DNA from: an uncultured Chloroflexia bacterium | GTDB taxonomy: Bacteria > Chloroflexota > Chloroflexia > QHBQ01 > JADMIH01 | Assembly (NCBI GenBank): GCA_963797095.1 | Contig: CAWCNY010000003.1 | Location: forward strand, 384,001-448,000 | Reading direction: 5' to 3' | Length of the DNA: 64,000 nt | Part shown: positions 30,676 through 41,210 of the stretch, in pieces | How the letters are laid out: the number at the start of each line of letters is the position of its first letter | Position numbering within the stretch: the first letter of the stretch is position 1 | Program-made: the position numbers and the translations under genes | The notes under the pieces: generated by a model | The model's input: the letters and a program-made list of their open reading frames with translations, nothing else | Told to the model about the DNA's origin: nothing | Databases searched by the model: none

Positions 30676-32043
30676 ATGTACTTCAAACAATTCATAGCCG
30701 ATGATCTCGGGTGCGCATCCTATCTTATAGGTGATACTGAAGTGGGCCGGTGCGTGGTAGTCGATCCCAGGTGGAATATCACCGAATACGTCGAACTGGC
30801 CGCCGCCAGGGGGATGCAAATCAGCTATGTGATCGAGACGCACAACCACGCCGACCACGTATCCGGCCACGGCAAGCTGGCCGCGCTCGGCGCTCAGGTG
30901 GCGCTATTCCACACGGCGGATGTCGAATATCCTCATCTTCCCCTCAAGGATGGCGATACTATTACGCTCGGCAGTGTGCGCCTGCAAGCGATCCATACGC
31001 CCGGCCACCGCCCCGAACATATAGCAATCGCGGTCAGCGACCTCTCACGCACCGAAGAGCCGTGGCTTGTGCTCACCGGCAATTCCCTGTTCGTGGGCGA
31101 TGTTGGCCGTCCCGACCTTGCTATCGAGCCCAAAGAGGGGGCATCCCAGCTTTACCATTCATTGCGCGAGCGCCTGCTGGCCCTGGGCGATGGCGTCGAA
31201 GTCTATCCCGCGCACGTATCAGGCTCCCTCTGCGGCAAGGCCATGAGCGATAAAGGCAACTCCACTATCGGCTTTGAGCGCCGCTGGAACTCTCCCCTGC
31301 GCCACCACAGCGAAGCCGCATTCGTCAGGGATGTCACAGCCGAGCTACCCCCGCAGCCCCCTCAGTTTGCCCGCATCGTAGCCAAGAATCGCGGGCCTTT
31401 TCTCACCGAGGACCTGAAGGCAGGGCCAATCACCGCGAATGAAATCCAGAAGATGCAGCAGCAAGGCACGCTGGTGCTTGACACGCGCTCGCCCGATGCT
31501 TTCGGCGGCGGTCATATTCCTGGCGCTCTCGACGTCCACCTGTACGGCGGCCAGTTCGCCACCCGCGCTTCGTGGGTGATCCCCACCGGTGTGCCCGTTA
31601 TACTTGTGCTCGAATCCGCAAGCGACCTGGACCCGGCACTGGAGTGGCTGGCGATGGCCGGGCAGGACAGCGTGCGAGGCTATTTACTGGGCGGTATGAT
31701 CGCCTGGGAGAGCGCCGGCTTCTCACTCGAAACCATCCCTCAAATGGATGTCGAACATCTAAAGGCACACGTAGATGCCCACCATGCCAACCTCGTCATA
31801 TTGGACGTGCGCGAGGATTCGGAGTGGCGAGAAGGCCACATTCCGGGCGCGATACACATTCCCTTTCACGCCCTCAAAGACCACCTATCCGAGCTTCCCA
31901 GAGGCCGCGCTCTCGCCACCATCTGCGGCGGCGGCACACGAAGCAGCATAGCCGCCAGCATCCTCAAATCCCGCAACTTCAATGCCGTCAACGTCCCAGG
32001 AGGTATGGATGCATGGCGGGCGGCAGGCGGCCAGATCGGGTAG
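30676..32043 (+). CDS. MBL-fold persulfide dioxygenase fused to tandem rhodanese domains (CstB-like)
   Basis: THNHADH, HTPGH, GDVGRPDL, STIGFE; rhodanese motifs GHIPGA and CGGGTRS. Confidence 0.9.
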   Translation: MYFKQFIADDLGCASYLIGDTEVGRCVVVDPRWNITEYVELAAARGMQISYVIETHNHADHVSGHGKLAALGAQVALFHTADVEYPHLPLKDGDTITLGSVRLQAIHTPGHRPEHIAIAVSDLSRTEEPWLVLTGNSLFVGDVGRPDLAIEPKEGASQLYHSLRERLLALGDGVEVYPAHVSGSLCGKAMSDKGNSTIGFERRWNSPLRHHSEAAFVRDVTAELPPQPPQFARIVAKNRGPFLTEDLKAGPITANEIQKMQQQGTLVLDTRSPDAFGGGHIPGALDVHLYGGQFATRASWVIPTGVPVILVLESASDLDPALEWLAMAGQDSVRGYLLGGMIAWESAGFSLETIPQMDVEHLKAHVDAHHANLVILDVREDSEWREGHIPGAIHIPFHALKDHLSELPRGRALATICGGGTRSSIAASILKSRNFNAVNVPGGMDAWRAAGGQIG

Positions 32044-32078
32044 CTGATGCCCTGAACACTATTGAATGCAACTATGAG

Positions 32079-33032
32079 CTAATCAGCACGCCTCAACCTG
32101 TTGACCAGCGTAGAGAAGAAATAGTCACGCTCCTGCACTCGAGCAAACTGGCACGGCTTCGGAGCCACCGTTATCCTGATGCGATCCGCGTCGTTCAAAG
32201 CCACAAACGACTGCCCATCCACCGTCAGGAACGACTCGTCATCTGTATCTATCTCAAGCTCAATCACGTTATCGTCGGGCAGCACCATGCTCTTGATCAC
32301 CGTCAGGTAAGGCGCAACAGGCGTAAGCACTATACTCCGCAATTCCGGGTGCAAAATCGGCCCGCCCGCCGCCATCGAGTACGCCGTCGAACCTGTGGGC
32401 GTCGCCACGATTACGCCGTCCGCCACTATTGTGGTCACTCGCGCGCCGTTCACAGTCAGGTGGCAGTTCACCACGCGAGATAGCGAAGCCCGGCTCGCCA
32501 CCACATCGTTCAGCGCCAGGTAGCTCCCCACCAGCCTCTCGCCACGCCACAACTCGGCCTTCAGCATCGCTCGCTTCTCCAGCCAGTAGTCGCCATCGAG
32601 AAAAAGGGGCAAACGCTCCTGCAATTGCCAGGGGTTGATCTCTGTCAGGAACCCCACCCGCCCCAGGTTCACGCCCAGGATCGGCACCCCCAACGGCGCT
32701 GCTGCCTGCGCAGCCCGCAGGATCGTGCCATCGCCGCCGAAGGTGAGCAGCAGGTCCAGTTCATCCTCAGGCTTCCACTTGACCGCCCTGTCGGGGCGCG
32801 CTGAGTGAGTGGCGTACACCTGTACACCCTTGCTCTCCAGCAGTTTGTCGATCCGGTCGGCCTGCTCGCTTGCCGCCTGGATGGTATCGTTCACCACGAA
32901 TCCCACCTTCTTGACCGGCTTTCCCTCGTGCGGTCCGGGCGCGGCAGGCGGCTCGGCCGCCACCCCGCTTGCCATCATCGCCTCTTTGAGAACATCCTGC
33001 GGCTGCTGTTGCGAGCCGTCGCTATTCGTCAT
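32079..33032 (-). CDS. nadK: NAD kinase
   Basis: GGDGT, NLGRVGFL, ALND, TPTGSTAYS. Confidence 0.95.
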   Translation of the reverse strand: MTNSDGSQQQPQDVLKEAMMASGVAAEPPAAPGPHEGKPVKKVGFVVNDTIQAASEQADRIDKLLESKGVQVYATHSARPDRAVKWKPEDELDLLLTFGGDGTILRAAQAAAPLGVPILGVNLGRVGFLTEINPWQLQERLPLFLDGDYWLEKRAMLKAELWRGERLVGSYLALNDVVASRASLSRVVNCHLTVNGARVTTIVADGVIVATPTGSTAYSMAAGGPILHPELRSIVLTPVAPYLTVIKSMVLPDDNVIELEIDTDDESFLTVDGQSFVALNDADRIRITVAPKPCQFARVQERDYFFSTLVNRLRRAD

Positions 33033-33867
33033 GCCCGAATACCTCTCTGTCGATCTCAGATCCCAGGTTATAGCCCTCCACCAACCCGCCCGGCACCTGC
33101 TCCCCCCTTTCCAGGTAGGCCAGGTACTCCACGTTGCCCGCCGGGCCGGTGATAGGCGAACGCGCCAGACCCCTAAAAGAGAGGCCCAGTTCGCCCCAAC
33201 TTTGAGCCAACCGTATTATAACATCACGGTGCACGTGTGGGTCGCGCACCACGCCCCCCTTGCCCACCTTCTCCTTTCCCGCCTCGAATTGCGGCTTGAT
33301 GAGAAACACGAAGAAGGCATCCGGCATGGTGAGCCTCAAGGCTGCGGGCGCGATCAACTCCAGGCCGATGAACGACACATCGGCGGTTGCAAAGTCTGCT
33401 AGTGATACATGGTCCGGCTCTGCATTATCCTTGCTTTCGTCTGTGGGCAGGCTTCCCAGGTCGCGTATGTTGGTCTGCTCCATCACTACCACCCTGGGGT
33501 CGTTTCTGATCTTCCAGGCAAGCTGGTTGGTGCCGACATCCACCGCGTACACGCGTGCGGCCCCAGCCTGCAACAGCACATCGGTGAAGCCCCCCGTCGA
33601 AGCCCCGATATCGAGCGCCACCTTGCCCGCGACACGCCCGCGCAGCCCGAATACATCCAGCCCGTGCGCCAATTTTAGCCCACCCCGGCTCACATAAGGC
33701 AGCCCGGTCCGTACCTCGATCTCTGCCTCTGTTGCGATCTGCGTGCCCGCCTTGTCAACCCGCCTCCCATCTACAAACACGCTTCCGGCCATGATCAACG
33801 AATGCGCCCTGGCGCGCGTTTCCGCCAGCCCGCGCTCTACAAGCGATACATCAAGACGCTGCTTCAT
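33022..33867 (-). CDS. tlyA: TlyA rRNA 2'-O-methyltransferase
   Basis: S4 domain, YVSRGGLKL, DIGASTGGFTD, KPQFE, GNVEY. Confidence 0.95.
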   Translation of the reverse strand: MKQRLDVSLVERGLAETRARAHSLIMAGSVFVDGRRVDKAGTQIATEAEIEVRTGLPYVSRGGLKLAHGLDVFGLRGRVAGKVALDIGASTGGFTDVLLQAGAARVYAVDVGTNQLAWKIRNDPRVVVMEQTNIRDLGSLPTDESKDNAEPDHVSLADFATADVSFIGLELIAPAALRLTMPDAFFVFLIKPQFEAGKEKVGKGGVVRDPHVHRDVIIRLAQSWGELGLSFRGLARSPITGPAGNVEYLAYLERGEQVPGGLVEGYNLGSEIDREVFGHDE

Positions 33868-33883
33868 AGGTCAAAATGGGCTT

Positions 33884-34414
33884 CTACGTCCCCATCAGCT
33901 TCTCAAACGCAGAAGAATGGATATGGCATATCGCCACCGCCAGCGCATCGGCGGCATCGTCGGGCCGTGGGATGTGGTCCATATTCAGCAGCAGCATGAC
34001 CATTGCCTGCACCTGCTCCTTGGTGGCCCTGCCGTACCCCACCACCGCTTGCTTCACCTGCAAAGGCGTGTACTCGCCCAGGTGAATCCCCGCGTGCGCC
34101 GCAGCCAGGATCGCCACGCCGCGTGCGTGCCCCACCGAAAGCGCCGTGCGCACATTCTTGTTGAAAAAAAGCTCTTCAAGGGCCATCGCATCGGGCTTGT
34201 ACTCCTGCAAGAGGTCCATTAGCCCTTTGTAAAGTTGCGGCAGCCGCTCGGAAAGAGGCGCGTTGGCGGGAGTATAAAGCGCCCCGTACTCGACCATGCG
34301 CAGTTGCTCCCCGCCGCTGACCCGTGAGCCGGAAGTCACAGAAACAGCAGCACCGCTCTCAACAAGGCCGTAGCCCATGATAGCGGTGCCGGGATCGATC
34401 CCTAAAGTGATCAT
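33884..34414 (-). CDS. ruvC: Holliday junction resolvase RuvC
   Basis: GIDPG, EELFFNKN, GYGRATKEQV, DDAADALA. Confidence 0.96.
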   Translation of the reverse strand: MITLGIDPGTAIMGYGLVESGAAVSVTSGSRVSGGEQLRMVEYGALYTPANAPLSERLPQLYKGLMDLLQEYKPDAMALEELFFNKNVRTALSVGHARGVAILAAAHAGIHLGEYTPLQVKQAVVGYGRATKEQVQAMVMLLLNMDHIPRPDDAADALAVAICHIHSSAFEKLMGT

Positions 34415-34416
34415 GA

Positions 34417-34477
34417 AGACAAAAGACGAAGGACGAAGGACGAACGAGATTGCTTTCGTCGTTAGTCCTTCGTCGTC
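34417..34477. repeat. (GACGAAG)n...(CTTCGTC)n heptamer hairpin between yebC and ruvC
   Basis: Read directly from the sequence. Confidence 0.8.
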
Positions 34478-35238
34478 TAGCTCATACTCGCCATAAGCTC
34501 TTCTGCGCCTGTAAGATCAAGGTTGGTGTACACTGTTTGCACGTCGTCAAGGTCCTCCAGACGCTCCATCAGGCGGAGGGTCTGCTCCATCCCTTTCTCA
34601 TCAAGCGACATGGTCGTTTTCGGGACCATTGTGCGCTCCGCATTGGTCACCTGCATACCGGCAGATGTAAGCCCATCCTGCACGTGCTTGAAATCCTCAA
34701 AAGCGGTCAAAATCTCAAGCTGGCCGTCGTCGAGGTTGGTAACGTCCTCTGCGCCCGCGTCGATGGCGGCCAATGTCAATTCGTCGGGGTCTTCGCCGTT
34801 CTGCGGCTCGACCAGGATCAAACCATGTGGCTCGAAAATCCACCCCACGGATCCGGCCTCACCCAGCGACCCGCCCGCCTTCGTAAAGATCGAGCGCACC
34901 TCCGACACAGTGCGATTGCGGTTATCTGTCAGCGCCTGCACCAGAAAGGCCACACCGTGCGGCCCATAACCCTCGTACATAATCTCTTCATATGAGCTGC
35001 TGTCCGCGCCGCTACCTGAGCCGCGCTGAATTGCACGCTGGATGTTCTCAAGCGGCATGTTCTCGGCGCGTGCCTTCTGCACCGCCAGCCTCAGACGGAA
35101 ATTGGCCTCCGCATCGCCCCCGCCCTCTTTGGCGGCCACCGTGATTTCACGCGTCAGCTTGGTGAAGAGTTGCCCGCGCTTCGCGTCAGCGGCCCCCTTC
35201 TTGCGCTTGATTGTTGCCCATTTACTATGTCCTGACAT
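34477..35238 (-). CDS. yebC: YebC/PmpR family protein
   Basis: MSGHSKWATIKRKK, YEGYGP, TDNRNRT. Confidence 0.96.
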   Translation of the reverse strand: MSGHSKWATIKRKKGAADAKRGQLFTKLTREITVAAKEGGGDAEANFRLRLAVQKARAENMPLENIQRAIQRGSGSGADSSSYEEIMYEGYGPHGVAFLVQALTDNRNRTVSEVRSIFTKAGGSLGEAGSVGWIFEPHGLILVEPQNGEDPDELTLAAIDAGAEDVTNLDDGQLEILTAFEDFKHVQDGLTSAGMQVTNAERTMVPKTTMSLDEKGMEQTLRLMERLEDLDDVQTVYTNLDLTGAEELMASMS

Positions 35239-35438
35239 GACTCACCTCTCTGTGATGACCTACAGCGTCCCTGCGCTGTTCGGCGTTGGAGCGGCTTCAA
35301 AACCCACCTCTCCAGCCGGCATTCCAGGCATCCACCACTGCAATAAATAAACGACCTTTACAAAATATAGGCTCTAGCGATTATACCAGAGGCTTTATGG
35401 GTTGGCAACGACACCTGGATGTCATAAACTTCGGTGCA

Positions 35439-37448
35439 ATGATCCGAATAAGAGCCGCGCTCCCCTGGCTGGTGCCTCCTACCCTGGCCCTTATCGCCTT
35501 CGCGCCCGTACTCAGCCTCTGGTTCGTCGCCGACGACTTCGGCCACCTCCTTATCAACAACCGCCTCCCATTTCCCCAGCCGTTGCTCGCATTTGGCAAA
35601 GACGAACTCTTTTACCGGCCCTTCAGCACCGTACTCACCTGGAACTTCAGCACCGCCATCTTTGGAAGAAACGCCCTCCCGCTCCACGCCATCAGCCTGC
35701 TCGCACACGCTCTCGCCGCGTTGCTGCTAGCGCGGCTGGCTTACACTGTATCTTCATCAAAGATTACTGGTATATTAGCTGGTGCCCTCTTCGCCGTCTA
35801 CCCCCTCTGCACCGAGCCTGTAGCCTGGCTCGCCTCCCAATGGGATGTGTTAGCCACAGTCTGCACCCTCGGAGCAGCCCTCGGTTTCGCTGTCGCCTGG
35901 TGCAACTCTCTCCAGGGAAAGCCCGCAATCGTCCCCTGTGCACTCGGTCTCCTCTCTGCCCTCCTCGCGGTCGGTATGAAAGAGAGCACTCTACCCCTGC
36001 CTGCTGTCCTCCCCTTCGTCGCTTTGTCGGTATCGGCAACCAGCCACGCTCGACCATCCACGAACTCATCAATTCAGACCATCGAGTTTGAGACCCAGAA
36101 GGAACAAAGCACAAAATCCCGCATCTGGAAAGCCATAGCATGGTCTCTCCCATACGCCCTTCCCACTCTCATCTTCATCGGTCTGCGATTAGCGAGCGGA
36201 GCCGGGATCGGAGGCTACGAGAACGCCCCCACCGACTTTCAGCGCTTCTTCTGGGATGCTCTCGTTACCACTTTCCTCGCTATGCTCATGCCGCTCAATC
36301 GTCTGCTCTTCAACGCGACCCTGGTGCAGGTGCTGGGCTTCCTTATGGCCCTACTCTTCATCGGGGGCCTCATCCTCTGGGGCAGGCGACGCTGGCCTTT
36401 GCTTCTTCTCTCCCTGGCCTGGTGGCTGATTTTCCTGATACCCGCCCTCAATCTGGTGGTGCTGGGCGATAACCCCGCCAACATCCAGAATCGCTTCTAC
36501 TACCTCAGCTTCATTGGCTTTTGCCTTGCCATGGCTTCGCTCATCTCGGTGCCGCTCGAATGGCCCCGGTTCCCTCTGCAACGAGCAGCTTGGGCTGCTA
36601 TCACGATTGCCATCCTTGCCATCATCCCCGCCACCTGGAAACAACTCGAACCCTGGCTTCAGGCCTCGCAGCAAACCCACCAGGTTGTGGATGAGCTAAC
36701 CGCCATGCTACCGCCCAGGAACGACGGCTGGATCGAGATCAACGCCCGCAATCTGCCTCGTGACTACCAGGGCGCTTACGTCTTCTGGAATGGGCTGGAC
36801 ACCGCCGTGCAGGTCTTCCACCGCCAGCACGTCCATCTCAAGACCACCTCGGCTCTAGATCACCAGGCCCTTGCCACTCCCCTGGCCGGCGAAACAGGCC
36901 GCTGGAATCTCGATTTCAGCTTCGACCAGAGCAGCCGCCTCTATCACATAAACAGTTTGTCGGGCGTTACCGGAATCACCGGTCCTCCTGTCGAGCCGGG
37001 CACCTTGCTGTGGGATTTTCGCACCTGCGAAAAAGGTATCCCGCCAGGCATGCAGATCAATAACGCCAGCACACGGTGCGCCCAGGATCGGATCGTCGTC
37101 CTACCTACCTCCTCCGATCCCGCCATCATCTTCCCCGGTCTGGACATGGATCTCACAGGCGTACGATGGCTCCGGCTTGCGGTCTCAGCACGATATGCCG
37201 CCTTCGATGCACCTCACATGGGGCAGTGGTACTGGGCAGGCGATAACCAATCATGGAGCGAGGAAGATAGCGCAGGCTATTATCTCGATTCCGGTCAGCA
37301 ACGGAGGGTCTACTGGACCTACGTACGCGCCGCCGATATCGGCGCTCGCCTCACCGATCTTCGCTTCGACCCCGTAAACGACTATGCAGACGCGCAGATT
37401 AGCTGGCTCGCCCTCACCCCGATCGACCAGGAAGCATCGGCACCCTAA
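35439..37448 (+). CDS. GT-C type (PMT/ArnT-like) membrane glycosyltransferase with C-terminal carbohydrate-binding-like domain
   Basis: WFVADDF loop, FYRP, HP..EPV.W-like motif, KE and RFYY; many TM segments; start uncertain. Confidence 0.7.
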   Translation: MIRIRAALPWLVPPTLALIAFAPVLSLWFVADDFGHLLINNRLPFPQPLLAFGKDELFYRPFSTVLTWNFSTAIFGRNALPLHAISLLAHALAALLLARLAYTVSSSKITGILAGALFAVYPLCTEPVAWLASQWDVLATVCTLGAALGFAVAWCNSLQGKPAIVPCALGLLSALLAVGMKESTLPLPAVLPFVALSVSATSHARPSTNSSIQTIEFETQKEQSTKSRIWKAIAWSLPYALPTLIFIGLRLASGAGIGGYENAPTDFQRFFWDALVTTFLAMLMPLNRLLFNATLVQVLGFLMALLFIGGLILWGRRRWPLLLLSLAWWLIFLIPALNLVVLGDNPANIQNRFYYLSFIGFCLAMASLISVPLEWPRFPLQRAAWAAITIAILAIIPATWKQLEPWLQASQQTHQVVDELTAMLPPRNDGWIEINARNLPRDYQGAYVFWNGLDTAVQVFHRQHVHLKTTSALDHQALATPLAGETGRWNLDFSFDQSSRLYHINSLSGVTGITGPPVEPGTLLWDFRTCEKGIPPGMQINNASTRCAQDRIVVLPTSSDPAIIFPGLDMDLTGVRWLRLAVSARYAAFDAPHMGQWYWAGDNQSWSEEDSAGYYLDSGQQRRVYWTYVRAADIGARLTDLRFDPVNDYADAQISWLALTPIDQEASAP

Positions 37449-39739
37449 CGAGCGTTATCGAATAGAACGGTGGTCTGATTCGTCACCACGTTCAGTTTAA
37501 TCATGCGGAAGGTCGGCTCGTCGTTGTAGCGGGCGGTCGGCACGTTTGGTGCCGTTATCGTTTCGCGGTAAATCAGACTCTTGCCATCGGGCGACCAATC
37601 CAAATCTGCCGCTCCGTTGTAACCCTCAGGGATCGGCATACTCTTGACATTGAACAGGCTCCCACTCGAGATATCGGCAGTCCACAGGCCCGCCAGCTTG
37701 TCGGCACGATTGGCAAAATCGTTGTAATAGCCGGTGAAAGCTATCTTACCCCACCCTGAGTATGCGATCTGGGTAACCTGCAATAGCTCCGGCTTATAGG
37801 TCATCAGCACAGATGGATCCACCAGGGGACCAATAGAGTTGCGCGGCCCTGAGTACAACGCCCCTCCCAGCACGGAAGTTGGGCTGTACGAATTGCCGCA
37901 TGTAAAGAGTATTCTGGCTACGTAACCATCAGCCTCAAGATGCCCCTCAAGCCATAGATACGACTTGATCGCCTGGCTCTCCGGTGTCAGCACAGGGTTG
38001 CCATCCTTCAAGACCGCTACGGGCGAGGCGTGCGATATGATCACATGGAGGTCGCTGCCATCGGGGCGCACCCCATAAATATCGCTTGACTCTTTCTCTC
38101 CCAGGGGTGCCAGGAAAGTGATAAGTTGCCGGTCGGGTGATACCGCCAGAGATCTTGCACCCCTCAGGTCATAGTCCAGTGTCACCAGCAAATCCGGGCT
38201 CAGTTTGGGAGCTTCATCCGTGCTCCCAACCAACGGCACGCTCAACCTGTAGAGACCGAGTGCGCCCCCTGTGGTTTCCGCCAGGAACATCAGCTCATGG
38301 TCGCCATACCAGGCCACGTCGTGGACTGCCGCCATGCCGCTCACCAGCAGCACCGGAGTCTGGGTCGTGCCATCGGCGTTAAAATCGACCATGTAGATAT
38401 ATTTCGCCCAGGGGTCCCTCGCCTGGTTCTGGATCGTAGCAGCGTAGGCCACCCTATCCATAGCCGGGGAGAGGGCGAAACTCTTTACGCCCCCATCCCA
38501 CGTCAGCCAGTTGTAACCTCCGTCGCTCCTGGTCATAAGAAGGTCTGAGCCGTGATCGGGATCGCTGCCCTTCAAGAAAAGCACGCCGCCGTAGGCCGAT
38601 CCGCCGCTGGCGTAATCGCCCACCAGGCTCATCCTGCCGCTCATTATGCCGAAAATGCTCTCCCCTTCAGCCGAACGGGCCACGAGGTCGCCCAGGCCGT
38701 CCAACGCGGTGAGCGGTACGCTCAGCCTCAGCCTGTAGACATAGTTCTCATCGAACAAATAGCCTTCGTGGTAGAAATTGTTATCATCCCCGTCGGTCCG
38801 CTCCAACCAGACAGCATTACCACCGGAGCCTGGAACGGGCGCACACTCACCATTGCACAAAATATCGTTAGCCGTGTCAGCGGTTAGCCCCTTGTCGTTG
38901 GAGTCAACCTCAAGCTCGATCCAATACGGGGCATACTTCGTGCCGCCTGAGTTCCAGGGGTAGAAATAGCGGGTGTTCTGCTGCGTCTGTGTCCACCAGT
39001 TGGGGGGATAGCCCACTTTGTAACCGTACATGGGGTCGCGAACCGTATGCCAATCGGTCTTGCCATTGGGGTCGCCTTCCTCGATGACGGGGGTGGGCTG
39101 TCTCAATTCAAGCATCGTATAAGGGCCAAGTGTGGCTGTGGCGCTCATGTAGGTGGTCGTAGAGGCCGCGGGCGACTGCACGCTCACCCCTACACCCCTC
39201 GTTTCAATAGGAGGCGGCGGCTGCGCGACCACATCCATAGGGGATTCCCGTGTGGGAATAGGAGGCAGAGCAACATTCAGGACCTGAGGATCGTTAGCGG
39301 GTTTCTGGAACCACTTGCCGCTCAGGATCAACGCCCCGAGCAAGAAGAATATGGCTATAACGGCAGCCATCACCGGGCTTGCCGCCCGCACCAATCGCCT
39401 CGAAAATGGCAGAGTTGGCGCAATCTCGCGTGCAGGCTCAGTCGCTCCCAATGCAAGCGGAGCGGCAGGCAGGCGCTCTTCCTTCCCTCGTAACTCTTCC
39501 TCTTTTATCTCTCGGATCGCGTGGAAAAGCCCCGTGCGAAGTTCCGGTTCCGGCTGGCGCATGGGGCTTTCGGCAAAGATAACCGCCATCTCCACGTATT
39601 GCAGCAAGCGACAGGAACACGCCTCGCATGTTGCTACATGCGCTTCCACAAGCTCGCGTTCCCCGGCTGTGACCTCGTCGTCAACGAACCTGGAGATGAG
39701 CAATTGTATCTCTTCGCAACTACTTTGTTGCATCGTCAA
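37445..39739 (-). CDS. Anti-sigma factor (zf-HC2) with TM helix and large extracellular propeller domain
   Basis: C..IQLLISRFVD...HVATCEAC; one TM helix; SPD blade motifs; directly downstream of an ECF sigma. Confidence 0.85.
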   Translation of the reverse strand: MTMQQSSCEEIQLLISRFVDDEVTAGERELVEAHVATCEACSCRLLQYVEMAVIFAESPMRQPEPELRTGLFHAIREIKEEELRGKEERLPAAPLALGATEPAREIAPTLPFSRRLVRAASPVMAAVIAIFFLLGALILSGKWFQKPANDPQVLNVALPPIPTRESPMDVVAQPPPPIETRGVGVSVQSPAASTTTYMSATATLGPYTMLELRQPTPVIEEGDPNGKTDWHTVRDPMYGYKVGYPPNWWTQTQQNTRYFYPWNSGGTKYAPYWIELEVDSNDKGLTADTANDILCNGECAPVPGSGGNAVWLERTDGDDNNFYHEGYLFDENYVYRLRLSVPLTALDGLGDLVARSAEGESIFGIMSGRMSLVGDYASGGSAYGGVLFLKGSDPDHGSDLLMTRSDGGYNWLTWDGGVKSFALSPAMDRVAYAATIQNQARDPWAKYIYMVDFNADGTTQTPVLLVSGMAAVHDVAWYGDHELMFLAETTGGALGLYRLSVPLVGSTDEAPKLSPDLLVTLDYDLRGARSLAVSPDRQLITFLAPLGEKESSDIYGVRPDGSDLHVIISHASPVAVLKDGNPVLTPESQAIKSYLWLEGHLEADGYVARILFTCGNSYSPTSVLGGALYSGPRNSIGPLVDPSVLMTYKPELLQVTQIAYSGWGKIAFTGYYNDFANRADKLAGLWTADISSGSLFNVKSMPIPEGYNGAADLDWSPDGKSLIYRETITAPNVPTARYNDEPTFRMIKLNVVTNQTTVLFDNAR

Positions 39740-39817
39740 TTCCTGGCTCCCAACTCGCTATTCCATGTGCCATCAAACAGGCGCCACGAACGAGAGATCA
39801 AGAACCGCTTGTTCCGC

Positions 39818-40465
39818 TTATTCTGCGGGATTTGCTTTCTTATAAGCCTCAATGAACTTCTCCCGTCCACGGAAAATACGCACCGCCACCAGGTTGACCG
39901 AGATACCGAGCGTGTCGGCTATCTCTTTATAGGAAAGGCCCTGGTACAGGTTCAGCACCAGGCATGTTCTCTGGTCGGCCGGCACCACCTGGAGCGCGCG
40001 TTGGATGGCATCCTGGTCGGCCTGCCTGGGAGCGTGATCCGACATAGGGGCTACAGCCTCCATCTCTATCTTGAAAGGTACCCAGGTGATGCGCTTGCGC
40101 CTCCGTAGCGAGTCGAGCGCTGTGTTGGTGGCGATACGATAGAGCCAGGGCGAAATCTGGAGGGTGTCTTCGGTGCGTGGTAAGGCGTTGTACGCTTTCA
40201 GGAACGTATCCTGGGCGAGGTCATTCGCAGCATCCCAATCGCCAACGAGCCTGTAAATGTAATTGACTATAGGAGCCTGGAAGCGCTCGAAGATCGACGT
40301 AAATGCGCTCTCCGAACCGGCCCGCGCTTCGTGTGTAAGCAGAACAAGCTCATCATCCGAGCCTGCGCCCTGCACCACCTTCGATGTGGGCCTGGCGTTC
40401 CACGAAATCGCCCCTACCTGGGTAGTCACGCGCCTTATTCTCCTCGGTATTTGCTCGTGTTCCAC
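39818..40465 (-). CDS. ECF RNA polymerase sigma factor
   Basis: DLAQDTFLKA, WLYRIATN, GLSYKEIA. Confidence 0.93.
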   Translation of the reverse strand: MEHEQIPRRIRRVTTQVGAISWNARPTSKVVQGAGSDDELVLLTHEARAGSESAFTSIFERFQAPIVNYIYRLVGDWDAANDLAQDTFLKAYNALPRTEDTLQISPWLYRIATNTALDSLRRRKRITWVPFKIEMEAVAPMSDHAPRQADQDAIQRALQVVPADQRTCLVLNLYQGLSYKEIADTLGISVNLVAVRIFRGREKFIEAYKKANPAE

Positions 40466-40725
40466 AGCCGCGCCCTGGCCTTCATCACATTCGTTTTACG
40501 GGGCGGCCCCTGCTGTCGAGCGTCACTGATATAGCGTTGGTGGCAAAGTACCACCGATTGTATGACGCTTGAGGGGGCCCGATTCTTACACCACCTTGCG
40601 TTTGGTGTAGTAACTCAAGGGTACTCCATCCGCCATCGTCGTGTCAACGTCTTAAGCCTGGCTTGCCAGGGCGATTGCATCTAAATTGGTCCACGCATGG
40701 CGGTAGGAGGGCATCCGACCTCGTC

Positions 40726-41085
40726 GTCGGGTAAGGAGACGGCGTTGCCGCCGCCTCCTCCCCTAAGAACTGCTCGTGCTACTTTCGCAGCAAGCAGCTC
40801 AAGCCTTTCGCTCGCCCCTTTCAGGACGCGGTTTCGCTACCTCTAACCCTTGACTATGCACTTGCCGGTGGCAGTTGGGATGCACCAACACTCGGTTTTC
40901 CACCCCGTCATCGCCGCCATACACTCGCCACACGATGTGGTGATTATCCCACCCAGTTAGCTTCGTGATTTTCTGTTGGCAAACCGGGCAAATCCCCTTC
41001 TTTGCTGCCATAGGTACAGCAGTTTCCGCCGTCCTTGCAGGCTGCTTGCCATTTCGAGGTCTAACCGTTTCTCGAAATAGCCTTC
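40726..41085 (-). mobile_element. Group II intron 3' remnant (IEP HNH tail plus domains V-VI), CL/IIB-like
   Basis: DV GAGCTGCTTGCTGCGAAAGTAGCACGAGCAGTTC; DVI ending CTTACCCGAC; frameshifted YFEKR..LW..KGICPVC..HH..N..VHPNCHRQVH. Confidence 0.9.
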
Positions 41086-41210
41086 CCTGTGATGGCTACT
41101 ATACAAGTCCGTGCGTGGGATCACCGCTTGCGCAACCTTCCAGAACCGACAATCTCTCCCACACCCCATTTCTCCTTGGCATAACTGAACCCTCAACGAT
41201 TAGAATTAAC

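Noticed and set aside
40799-41011. Standalone HNH nuclease or IscB-like gene
   Set aside because: It is the frameshifted C-terminal endonuclease tail of a group II intron protein, directly followed by DV-DVI.
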